UHGV virus genome: UHGV-1351333
From: a virus
Direction: 5' to 3' (one strand)
Length of the DNA: 64,000 nt
Part shown: positions 44,987 to 53,059 of the stretch, in pieces
Layout: each line of letters starts with the position of its first letter
Position numbering within the stretch: the first letter of the stretch is position 1
Translations under genes and position numbers: made by a program
The notes under the pieces: generated by a model
The model's input: the letters and a program-made list of their open reading frames with translations, nothing else
What the model was told of the DNA's origin: nothing
Database searches by the model: none

Positions 44987-45935
44987 GCAACAATTACTCC
45001 GCCGCCTTGGCTGGGAGCGTTCCCAGCCCCGGATAACTATATCGGAAGCGGCGCATCCGACACAGGGGCCGTCATCATCATTGGGGAGGGTTGACCTCCC
45101 CTCGGCGATTTCCGGAACGGTCGAACTTGAGTCGCTGTCCGATATTTTAAACCGGGCCAGCAGGCAGCTTCACGAGTCTGAAAGGGTGCATGCGGACTGC
45201 CTGCACGTATCAAGTCTAATAGGCGATTATTTATGCCCCCGCCGGATTTGGCTCGCGAGGCATCACCACCTCACGGCTATCAGCCGGGTCAGCCCCGCGA
45301 TGAAAATTGTGTGGGACATGGGCCGGGCATGCGAAAAAACTGTCCGCGATTTGCTGATTGCTGGGATGGGCCGGTCAAGAGTTCTTGGAAAGTGGTCATG
45401 CGCGTGCGGAAAAACGTCGCACGTCGGGCAGGGTCAGGAAATTCATTGCAGCATTTGCGATACCGACTGCGCTATTTATGGCGAAGCCGACCTGTACTAT
45501 TCGCCGCTAAAAATTTTCGGGCATTCCGATTTTATCTATCTGGACGAAAACCGGAACGTCAATGTCGTGGAGATTAAATCTATCAATAAATCCGACTGGC
45601 TTGCACTATCAGAGCCGAAACACGACCACGTTGCCCAGGTTTCTATGTATTACGTTATGTTGCGGGAGTCGGTAGGGCAGGAGCGCATGTATCCGGGCGC
45701 GCAGATTATTTATGTGTGCAAAGATTACATTACGCGGCAAATGCCGTGGAAGTGTTACACTGTCTCGCAAAGAACCTGTGAAGCCGTATCCGAAGAGGTT
45801 TTACGCACGGCAACCGCAGTCCAGAGCGGATACGCTCCCGCCTGCCCGCCCCGGCTGATGTGCTGCACGTCGCCGGATTGCCTCACGTCCCGAAATTGTA
45901 TTGCATGCGCCGTCTGTTTTATGCACAATGATTAA
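44979..45935 (+). CDS. Cas4/RecB-like PD-(D/E)XK exonuclease with Cys cluster
   Basis: HSDFIYLDENRNVNVVEIKS (D...E.K). N-terminal Cys DCLHVSSLIGDYLCP and C-terminal Cys cluster CPPRLMCCTSPDCLTSRNCIACAVC are compatible with an Fe-S Cas4-like nuclease. Confidence 0.45.
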   Translation: MDKQQLLRRLGWERSQPRITISEAAHPTQGPSSSLGRVDLPSAISGTVELESLSDILNRASRQLHESERVHADCLHVSSLIGDYLCPRRIWLARHHHLTAISRVSPAMKIVWDMGRACEKTVRDLLIAGMGRSRVLGKWSCACGKTSHVGQGQEIHCSICDTDCAIYGEADLYYSPLKIFGHSDFIYLDENRNVNVVEIKSINKSDWLALSEPKHDHVAQVSMYYVMLRESVGQERMYPGAQIIYVCKDYITRQMPWKCYTVSQRTCEAVSEEVLRTATAVQSGYAPACPPRLMCCTSPDCLTSRNCIACAVCFMHND

Positions 45936-45959
45936 ACATTAAAGATAGATAGACGATTT

Positions 45960-46187
45960 ATGTTTTCACAGCCAGTATCTTCTGCCGTAGTCCGTACTTG
46001 CCGGATGTACGGAGTTCCTGATGCCCTTGCCCCGATATGTCGGAATTTGACGAAGACGGGAATCAAAAAATTAGGAAGAGCGTATAAGGACTATACCGTC
46101 AAATGCGGAGCTGACCTGACCCGCGCTGATGCCAGCAACTGGGGCGGAACCGTCATGCGAATCTTACGTGATTATCGGAAAAAATGA
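45960..46187 (+). CDS. Small hypothetical protein
   Basis: 75-aa ORF, tightly packed; its stop overlaps the RuvC start. Confidence 0.35.
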   Translation: MFSQPVSSAVVRTCRMYGVPDALAPICRNLTKTGIKKLGRAYKDYTVKCGADLTRADASNWGGTVMRILRDYRKK

Positions 46188-46753
46188 ACATCCTCGGCAT
46201 TGATCCGTCCCTGACTGCTACAGGGCTTTATTTGCGAGAAACGGAATCCTGGACCGCCCCGGAATGCACGTTGATTTCCCCGAAAAACCTGAGGGACATG
46301 GAACGGCTGTGTTTTATCCGGGATTTTCTGCTCGGATTTATCAACAAGAACCGGGGTTTCCCCCTTGACCTGGCGGTGATTGAAGGCTACGCGATGGGGG
46401 CGAAAACCCATACGCATGACCTTGGGGAGGCCGGGGCTATGCTGAAAACTGCGATTTATGAGGCGGGGATTGATTTGTTGATAGTTCCGCCCGCTACGCT
46501 GAAAAAGTTTATTACGGGAAGCGGAAACAGCAAAAAGCAGGTAATGATGGTGGAAGCCTTGTCCCGGTATCACGTTAAAATCACGGATGACAATATATGT
46601 GATGCGTTTTGCCTGACGCATTTCGGAGAGGCCTGGCAGGCGGTTAATCATTTTGGCCGCTCTGCGGAGCAAATGCGCATTACAAAAAATCAGCATGCCT
46701 GCCTGTCCGCCGCCCGGCTGGTTCCTGGCCGCAAACGGTCGTCCCGGAGATAG
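46184..46753 (+). CDS. ruvC: RuvC-like Holliday junction resolvase
   Basis: MNILGIDPSLTATGL (RuvC ILGIDPG motif), LAVIEGYAM and downstream acidic catalytic residues. 189 aa. Confidence 0.7.
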   Translation: MNILGIDPSLTATGLYLRETESWTAPECTLISPKNLRDMERLCFIRDFLLGFINKNRGFPLDLAVIEGYAMGAKTHTHDLGEAGAMLKTAIYEAGIDLLIVPPATLKKFITGSGNSKKQVMMVEALSRYHVKITDDNICDAFCLTHFGEAWQAVNHFGRSAEQMRITKNQHACLSAARLVPGRKRSSRR

Positions 46754-46781
46754 GCAACCGCTGATTTCTTGTCTTTTTCAA

Positions 46782-46919
46782 TTTGCAATCATTGCAAATT
46801 TTTTTCTCAAAAAAGTTCTTTTTTCTCTTGCAATTTATAAAATATAATGTTAAATTGTTTTCATCAAAGGGAGGGAAACTCCTGAGAGAAAAACAAAAAA
46901 CCTGAACATTATTAATACC
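46782..46919 (+). promoter_or_regulatory. Conserved promoter-leader element (full copy)
   Basis: TTTGCAATCATTGCAAA...TCTTGCAATTTATAAAATATAATGTTAAATTGTTTTCATCAAAGGGAGGGAAACTCCTGAGAG..., then ATG at 46920. Confidence 0.7.
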
Positions 46920-47132
46920 GTGAACAACAAAGAAACATCCTATCTGGTTGAAGTTTACCACATCGGAACCGCTACAGGGAGCCTGCTTTCCCTTGACCAT
47001 GTGCGCAAGTGTTCCTCGCTGGAAGCCGCAATGAACTTCGGGTCCGACATGAAGGAAAATAATGGGTGGTTCACAGTAACGAAAATCGATTCTTGCGGCC
47101 GGGTTATCGTATTTGATTCCAGCAACAACTAA
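46920..47132 (+). CDS. Small hypothetical protein
   Basis: 70 aa. Immediately downstream of a full conserved promoter-leader element. Confidence 0.45.
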   Translation: MNNKETSYLVEVYHIGTATGSLLSLDHVRKCSSLEAAMNFGSDMKENNGWFTVTKIDSCGRVIVFDSSNN

Positions 47133-47223
47133 AAATTAAAGATATTAAACTGCATCGATATTTAATTCTCCTTGCCCCCCCCAGAAGGGAGGCTGCCTCG
47201 CAACCTGAAAATCTTTAGCAGAA

Positions 47224-47652
47224 ATGAAGAAAAAACGTATCCGCCAGTTCGGTTCCAGGTGCGTCCATGCGCTTCTCCATCAAAAGGCCGGTGTTGAATC
47301 TATGCCTGATTCCGTGCATAAAACAACCGTGCGTTTGTCTGTGATCCGCATAACGGATTGCCCGGATTCGTCGTCTTATATGGTCTGTGCGACCATAGAA
47401 AATGTTGACGGGGTGGAGATTCCGAAATCAGCGCAAGACTGCGGTTCGGTTCTGGGTGTTCCGTGCGATTTCTTTTCCAGCTCTACGTCGGAAGATGAAA
47501 GCGTTGAGCGCGTCCGGAACGATGAAGCCGCCGCTCATGTCTGGGTAAACGTTAAAAGCATGATGTCGGCAATAAGGGCGTTGAATGCGGCTGAGGAAAT
47601 TCGAGATAAGGTATTGCGGTCATCAAAAATGTTTTCCGGCGATAGGGGATAA
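47224..47652 (+). CDS. Hypothetical protein
   Basis: 142 aa. Followed by a terminator at 47683-47730. Confidence 0.45.
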   Translation: MKKKRIRQFGSRCVHALLHQKAGVESMPDSVHKTTVRLSVIRITDCPDSSSYMVCATIENVDGVEIPKSAQDCGSVLGVPCDFFSSSTSEDESVERVRNDEAAAHVWVNVKSMMSAIRALNAAEEIRDKVLRSSKMFSGDRG

Positions 47653-47682
47653 TAAAAAATCTTCGGTGGTATTATACAGGTT

Positions 47683-47730
47683 CTGCCTCCTTTTTCGGCA
47701 TTTCGTTGCCGGGAAAGGGGGCAGTTTTTT
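47683..47730 (+). terminator. Intrinsic terminator
   Basis: CTGCCTCC...GGGGGCAG followed by TTTTTTG, after the 47224-47652 gene. Confidence 0.55.
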
Positions 47731-47897
47731 GCGTCAATTTGTAGCGGTATTTTTCCTTTTAAGACTGCGCACAACTATATGTTGCGGCTATTTTCGCGAA
47801 CGGTCGACCCCGGAAAAATAGAGACTTGAACCGGCTTGGCGGTAAGTTAAGATGCCGAAGGTTAAACACTAGTTTGGCTGTCTTTATCTATCTTTTG

Positions 47898-47940
47898 CCC
47901 CTAATCCGGAGTGATGCCCGGATTAGGGGATTTTTTATTT
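47898..47940 (+). terminator. Intrinsic terminator
   Basis: CCCCTAATCCGG-AGTGATGC-CCGGATTAGGGG followed by ATTTTTTATTT. Confidence 0.8.
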
Positions 47941-47945
47941 CTCAA

Positions 47946-48080
47946 TTTGCAATCATTGCAAATTTTTTTCGTGAAAAACTCTTTTTTCTCTTGCAATTCT
48001 TAAGATATAGTGTTAAATTACATTCATCAAAGGGAGGAAAGCTCCTGAGAGAGAAAAAACAAAAAACCTGTTAGAAAAAA
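47946..48080 (+). promoter_or_regulatory. Conserved promoter-leader element (full copy)
   Basis: Same architecture as 46782-46919. Leader hairpin GGGAGG-AAAG-CTCCT. ATG at 48081. Confidence 0.7.
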
Positions 48081-48347
48081 ATGAATACTGTAACTGAAAA
48101 TGAAATCAAATTAGGCTCCAAAGTCAAACCGAACTGGAAGCTTTCCAGGGTGCGCGCGATTGTTGGAAAAGAGACCGAAAAAGCAATCCGCATCGACCTT
48201 AGTTACAGCAGCGGGTCTGAATATCATTGGATTCCGAAAAGCCTCATTATGGCTATCGAAGAAAAAGAGGACGGAATCTGGGCCGGGGATTCCTACTTGA
48301 CGCTTCCCACCTGGTTCTGCACCGAAAACGGCTTTGTAACCGAATAA
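48081..48347 (+). CDS. Small hypothetical protein
   Basis: 88 aa downstream of a full promoter-leader element. Confidence 0.45.
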   Translation: MNTVTENEIKLGSKVKPNWKLSRVRAIVGKETEKAIRIDLSYSSGSEYHWIPKSLIMAIEEKEDGIWAGDSYLTLPTWFCTENGFVTE

Positions 48348-48351
48348 CAAA

Positions 48352-48552
48352 ATGCGTATGAAATTCTTTCTGTTCTTCGTTTCCGAAATAATAGGCGTCG
48401 CCGCGATTGGGTACATCGCTATATGTTCTTACTGGCTTTTATTCTGCTATCTGGCAACCGACCAGGAGTTCAACTCGACTCTTTACCCGCCCCCGGCATA
48501 CGTTCAGGCCGCTTTTAATGCGGCGGATTCCTTTTACCATTTAATATTTTAA
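48352..48552 (+). CDS. Small membrane protein
   Basis: 66 aa with two hydrophobic segments. Confidence 0.35.
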   Translation: MRMKFFLFFVSEIIGVAAIGYIAICSYWLLFCYLATDQEFNSTLYPPPAYVQAAFNAADSFYHLIF

Positions 48553-48554
48553 CT

Positions 48555-49160
48555 ATGAAACCGATTGCTCAACTCCAAATGACCGATTTGCTGCACGACG
48601 CCGATTGCCTTTCAGAAGAGGCGTACCGTTCCCGGCTGCGCTACCTTGGCAGGCTGGTCGATTCGCCCCGGAACAGCTCTATGGCGCGAAAAGTGCGGAA
48701 CACGAGCGCTAAACGCTGGAACCGTTTGATTCAGCTTGTGCATAATGGTTATATTGCCTCCGACGATTCCCTGGACCGCCACAGCCGCAGCTGGCTGGAA
48801 CCGGCGCTAGGCTATACGGCGCTGCACGTTTTCATTTCCGCCGGAAGAAGGCGGCTGTTGTTTGCCCAGATTATGATGGACGAGCTTTTTTCCGGGCGGG
48901 AGCCTGCCGGTTTTGCCGAACTTATCGCTCTTGTAGCCAAAGGGGTGGCCTTCGGACGCTGTAGTCCCGGAATCCGGTACGAACTGCCCCCGAAAATCAG
49001 GCAGGAGCTGGAATTGAACGCCGGAAAGGGGTGCGGGACGAGCGTCCGGAAAAATCTGGAAGACAGCATTCGGCATCTGGACGGCATCAGCCGGAAGTGC
49101 ACCGGGGAACCTGTCATTACTCACATGCTTTACTATGGCCTCCGATTGTTCTCCTGCTAA
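48555..49160 (+). CDS. Hypothetical protein
   Basis: 201 aa. Its 3' end overlaps the HsdM-like ORF by 26 nt in another frame. Confidence 0.4.
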   Translation: MKPIAQLQMTDLLHDADCLSEEAYRSRLRYLGRLVDSPRNSSMARKVRNTSAKRWNRLIQLVHNGYIASDDSLDRHSRSWLEPALGYTALHVFISAGRRRLLFAQIMMDELFSGREPAGFAELIALVAKGVAFGRCSPGIRYELPPKIRQELELNAGKGCGTSVRKNLEDSIRHLDGISRKCTGEPVITHMLYYGLRLFSC

Positions 49161-49905
49161 GCCTGCCGCGGACCATTCGGCGAAACCGAGTTTCTATTCG
49201 GTATTGGAAAAACTGCCGCTGGACCACCTGCGCTCGTCCGAACGGTTTTTTCTGTGGCTGGAATTCGTTTTTTCCGTCATGTCCGGAACGCCCCTGGATT
49301 CGTCCGCCGCTGAAAAAATGGGCAGGGGCAGGAGCAGTTACGAGACCGTTCAGCGGGGATTCCTGGACTGCATTGCGCTTCTTGGTGACGAGATGGAGCG
49401 GAGGCCGTATGAAGACCTGCTGGGCGGGTACCATGAAATGCTGAACAGCCGGATAGACCGGACCGTAAACGGTCAATTTTATACTCCGACAAACATTTGC
49501 CGCATGATGGCCCGCATTACCGTATCAGAGCAGTTTGCGGAAAACCTGAAACCGGGGGAAGTCATATCGCTAAGCGAACCTTCTTGCGGCTCCGGGCGGA
49601 ATGTGCTTGCCGCGGCGGAAGTCCTTGGCCGCCACCGCTCCAAAATGAGAGTAACCTGCACCGATATTGACATCCGGGCGTGCTGGATGTGCTACATCAA
49701 CCTGACCATGTGGGGGATTCCGGCAACAGTCGTCCACGGAGATTCCCTGCGCCTGAAAGAATGGGGGCGCTGGGTCAACATGTTCTGGCAGCTTGGGGAG
49801 GCGGAAAGAAAGCAGCAGCTTAAATCAAAAAAAATCATGGATGCGATTAAAAACCTTCAATTTGCCGAATCGGACTCCCCGGCTTTTCCCCGAAGCCGAA
49901 ATTGA
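49135..49905 (+). CDS. HsdM-like N6-adenine methyltransferase-like protein lacking NPPF/Y catalytic motif
   Basis: GQFYTPTNICRMM (gamma-class motif X), EPSCGSGRNVL (motif I), CYINLTMWGI and HGDSL blocks as in HsdM. No NPP[FY] motif before the stop. Confidence 0.5.
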   Translation: MASDCSPAKPAADHSAKPSFYSVLEKLPLDHLRSSERFFLWLEFVFSVMSGTPLDSSAAEKMGRGRSSYETVQRGFLDCIALLGDEMERRPYEDLLGGYHEMLNSRIDRTVNGQFYTPTNICRMMARITVSEQFAENLKPGEVISLSEPSCGSGRNVLAAAEVLGRHRSKMRVTCTDIDIRACWMCYINLTMWGIPATVVHGDSLRLKEWGRWVNMFWQLGEAERKQQLKSKKIMDAIKNLQFAESDSPAFPRSRN

Positions 49906-49936
49906 TAAAAAAACCTGATAGAAACCTGACAAAAAA

Positions 49937-50515
49937 ATGAAAGCTAAAAAAGTGTTTACTCCGGAAACGCGTGAAAGAATCGTCCAGTTCATCACTGAGT
50001 TGATAAGTCAGGGGGCGTGCTATAATTCCCTTGATTTTCTACTGGATTCTTTAAGCGATGACATTAAGCGCATGCGGGAATCCCTGGATGCGACGCCAAG
50101 GAGAGCGGAAATTGAAAGCGCCATTATGTGGTGTGAAGTGCTCTGCAAACAGCTTGAGCCGTTGCGGGGGAAATATAAATCCGTAAAAAATCCGTATGAT
50201 GAAGGTTTGGCGGCATACAACGCGCTGGCCCAAATCCGGATGGACCTGATTGAGCGCTTCGCTTCAAAAGAGTTTCACCGATACAACGACCCGGACGGGA
50301 AAACCATGCAATCAGACCCTAACGTCAATTACGAGTTGCTTATCTCCATCACATCCGGCGCCATGAATAATTTGCATCGCCAAATTGACGCGGCGGCAAG
50401 CCTTCACAGTTTAAATGTCATTTTGGGCATTTACGACGATATGCAAAATAACCGCATCACGCCCCATCTCACCGGCTGGTCAAAAGTCCCCGGCGAAGAA
50501 CCCAAAATTCGTTAA
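49937..50515 (+). CDS. Hypothetical protein
   Basis: 192-aa ORF. Confidence 0.45.
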   Translation: MKAKKVFTPETRERIVQFITELISQGACYNSLDFLLDSLSDDIKRMRESLDATPRRAEIESAIMWCEVLCKQLEPLRGKYKSVKNPYDEGLAAYNALAQIRMDLIERFASKEFHRYNDPDGKTMQSDPNVNYELLISITSGAMNNLHRQIDAAASLHSLNVILGIYDDMQNNRITPHLTGWSKVPGEEPKIR

Positions 50516-50542
50516 GTTTATTTACCGCTAAAAAATAAAAAG

Positions 50543-51175
50543 ATGAATACAGCGCCGAAAAAGAGTTTTTGGGTAAGCTGGTTTTACCCTTTTCCTCCGC
50601 ATTGCACCGTTCTGAATACGATTTTTTGCAGGCTTGCCCTGGCAAGTTTGACGCTTCTGGTCTGCTTGCCCGTTTACTGGTTTTTCTTTCCGGAATTGTG
50701 GGCTGAATGGGCAACGGTCGGACAATCCCTGTATTGGGCAATGGTCGTTCTCGTTTGCCTGTCGGAGTGCTCCGTCGTCTGGCTGGACCGCCTGAAAATA
50801 TCTCTGTGCCGGATGCAGTGCCATAAGGAGAAAATGCACGATTTATATTTCCGCCAGCAGGTGCGGCAGCTTATCGGTCAGGAGCGGGGCGTCGTTTATT
50901 TCGCCTGGTATCTGATTGACGGAAATCCGGTGAAAAAACATTTCCTGTTTGCATATTGGGAATTTCACTGGGGTCGTTTTTTGCTGCTCCGGGAACCGTG
51001 GCAGCTCCACCTTGTGATGCATGAGGACAAAGATTGCGCAACCATTTATTCCCGTGAGGCGGCCGCGGATTTTCATTTAATGCTTGCCAGTTATATGTCA
51101 AACATTAGCATGGCTGACGCCTACGTCTGCGACCGCGCCATTTGCATTGATTATGACCATCCCATTGTTTCGTAA
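50543..51175 (+). CDS. Hypothetical membrane protein
   Basis: N-terminal hydrophobic segments; Trp/Cys-rich. Confidence 0.4.
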   Translation: MNTAPKKSFWVSWFYPFPPHCTVLNTIFCRLALASLTLLVCLPVYWFFFPELWAEWATVGQSLYWAMVVLVCLSECSVVWLDRLKISLCRMQCHKEKMHDLYFRQQVRQLIGQERGVVYFAWYLIDGNPVKKHFLFAYWEFHWGRFLLLREPWQLHLVMHEDKDCATIYSREAAADFHLMLASYMSNISMADAYVCDRAICIDYDHPIVS

Positions 51176-51185
51176 AAAAAAATAT

Positions 51186-51620
51186 GTGCCAAATCCCCGC
51201 CTGATTTTTCCCGATACGCAGGAAGACTACCTGCTGCGATTCCAGGAGGCCGTGCTTGCGTACAAAGCTATTCATTTCGAGATAACCGGGTATCCGGGGG
51301 ATTCAAGAGCGTTCTTGTATAAAGTCCATCATCTTGACGGTACCTGCATAGAACATCGTTGCCCTAACAGGCGGGCAGTTAGCCGACTGTCCGCTTATGA
51401 CGATTTGTTTTCAGTTTATTGCAATCGGAAATTCTGGTTGTACGTTAAAGATTTTGTTGACCAAAAATGGTTCAGGTCCATGAGCACGGTTTTGTTCCTG
51501 GCCGCGAAAAAAGGGCATCGGATGTGCCGGGAGAATTTAATTTACAGAGTATTCCTGGAAGGCTACTGCTACGACCCGGATGTCGATTACGACGGGTTGA
51601 CGGTGGCTTTATTTTCCTGA
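51186..51620 (+). CDS. Hypothetical protein (start uncertain)
   Basis: Frame of ORF 51084-51620. GTG at 51186 is the first start after the upstream gene ends; real start not resolved. Confidence 0.25.
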   Translation: MPNPRLIFPDTQEDYLLRFQEAVLAYKAIHFEITGYPGDSRAFLYKVHHLDGTCIEHRCPNRRAVSRLSAYDDLFSVYCNRKFWLYVKDFVDQKWFRSMSTVLFLAAKKGHRMCRENLIYRVFLEGYCYDPDVDYDGLTVALFS

Positions 51621-51635
51621 TAGATTTTCCGGCGT

Positions 51636-51848
51636 ATGGCAAATGACACCGACGACGAGTTTTCCGGTTTTTCCAGTGATGATTTCAGTGAATTTTTCGA
51701 TGAGCCGCAGGAATCTTCCAGCGTTTCGGAGGTTCCGGGTTCACAGGAACGCTCCCCCCCCTCCGGGAAGAAACCGGCGAAGACGATGACGGCGATGGGG
51801 AACTCAATGAGCTTGCCGGGACCGGCGCCGGAACGGTCGCGCGCCTGA
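51636..51848 (+). CDS. Small acidic protein
   Basis: 70 aa. N-terminal DDEFSGFSSDDFSEFFDE. Contains a C8 tract in the coding sequence. Confidence 0.35.
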   Translation: MANDTDDEFSGFSSDDFSEFFDEPQESSSVSEVPGSQERSPPSGKKPAKTMTAMGNSMSLPGPAPERSRA

Positions 51849-51856
51849 ATCCGGAA

Positions 51857-52498
51857 ATGCGGGGCATGATTATGTCCCAGGCCAATTCCCGTGCCTGGAC
51901 GCGGCATGAACGGCATGTTGTCATGCGCCGGGCCTTGTCGATGGGAAAGCTGGAAGAGCTTATTGACTGGTACCCGCGGCCCGGACAGAGCATCCATATC
52001 CTATCGTGCGGGGAAATAGACCTGTTTTCTTATCTCCATTTCATGCTCCGGCAACGCCCCTATGCTTATATCCTGATTTCAACGTTCAGCCTCGGCTACA
52101 TGGAAATTCGCGCCCTGCACGATTATCTGGAAAAGGGCGTGATTGGGCGGCTGGATGTGTACGCGAGAAGCATCTTCCGCAACCGGACTATTCGGACGCG
52201 GGAATACGATGCGCTGGTTGCTTTACACAAAAGATTTCCGCATTGTTTCTGCGGGCTGGCGAATGTTCACGCGAAAATCATTGCCGGAATCGACCGAGAA
52301 CAGGGGGAGGGCGATTTTGTTGTGGAGGCCAGCGCCAACGCCAACCTGAACTTCCGCATTGAACAGGCGTGCCTGACAATGGATACCGACCTGGCGCTTT
52401 TTTATAAAGACGCGATGGACGGGGTCGAGTGTCCGCAGGACGCGCAATATTTCAGGAACGTGAGAAAAACCCCATGGGCGGTTGACCGAAAAAATTAA
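51857..52498 (+). CDS. Hypothetical protein
   Basis: 213-aa ORF. Weak HxK...D resemblance only. Confidence 0.45.
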   Translation: MRGMIMSQANSRAWTRHERHVVMRRALSMGKLEELIDWYPRPGQSIHILSCGEIDLFSYLHFMLRQRPYAYILISTFSLGYMEIRALHDYLEKGVIGRLDVYARSIFRNRTIRTREYDALVALHKRFPHCFCGLANVHAKIIAGIDREQGEGDFVVEASANANLNFRIEQACLTMDTDLALFYKDAMDGVECPQDAQYFRNVRKTPWAVDRKN

Positions 52499-52628
52499 TT
52501 TGCAACGATTGCAAATTTTTTTCGTGAAAAACTCTTTTTTCTCTTGCAATTTTTAAAATATAATGCTAAATTACATTCATCAAAGGGAGGGAAACTTCCT
52601 GAAATTAAAAAACCGAAAATTAAAGATA
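52499..52628 (+). promoter_or_regulatory. Conserved promoter-leader element (full copy)
   Basis: TTTGCAACGATTGCAAA...TCTTGCAATTTTTAAAATATAATGCTAAATTACATTCATCAAAGGGAGGGAAACTTCCTG... ATG at 52629. Confidence 0.7.
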
Positions 52629-53003
52629 ATGAGCAATAAAGAAACATACTGCCTGAAAGTTTCCAGTCAGCAGCTTGCCAGGCTTGCGGAGCTAATGGAC
52701 GAGCGTTCCAGGGCCACCGGGTTCGATGAACCGGTTGTATACCTGGGAACCCCATACCTGCTGGACCCCATTCCTTTTTCCGGCTCGGAAAAAACCTGTG
52801 ACACGCCCCGGATATTCTCTGCATGCCTGGTGGACGAATCCCGCGCTCATGATTTGTCGGAGCTGGTTAATCTGCTCAATGAGGCGGGTATCGTTTTTCC
52901 TCCCGGCCGGACAGTTCAGGAATATTTCAATGTTCAAAAGGTAAAATTCTGCGGGGAGTACGTTTCAACGTATTGCGCGTACATATACGTTCCGGAAAAT
53001 TAA
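52629..53003 (+). CDS. Hypothetical protein
   Basis: First ATG after a full promoter-leader element, in frame of ORF 52563-53003. Confidence 0.45.
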   Translation: MSNKETYCLKVSSQQLARLAELMDERSRATGFDEPVVYLGTPYLLDPIPFSGSEKTCDTPRIFSACLVDESRAHDLSELVNLLNEAGIVFPPGRTVQEYFNVQKVKFCGEYVSTYCAYIYVPEN

Positions 53004-53020
53004 TTTGCAATGATTGCAAA
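53004..53020. promoter_or_regulatory. 7-3-7 inverted repeat TTTGCAATGATTGCAAA
   Basis: Intergenic, 40 nt upstream of the 53060 ATG. Confidence 0.65.
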
Positions 53021-53059
53021 TTTCAAAAACTTTTTTATCCACTCCATTAAATCAAGCTA

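Noticed and set aside
47821-47900. tRNA-like appearance of GAGACTTGAACCGGCTTGGCGGTAAGTTAAGATGCCGAAGGTTAAAC
   Set aside because: No acceptor stem, no T-loop GTTC.A..C motif, no cloverleaf can be drawn. Treated as part of a possible small RNA only.
51857-52498. Possible phospholipase-D/HKD nuclease motif (HAKIIAGID...EASANAN)
   Set aside because: Spacing deviates from HxKx4Dx6GSxN and only one motif copy is present. Left as hypothetical.
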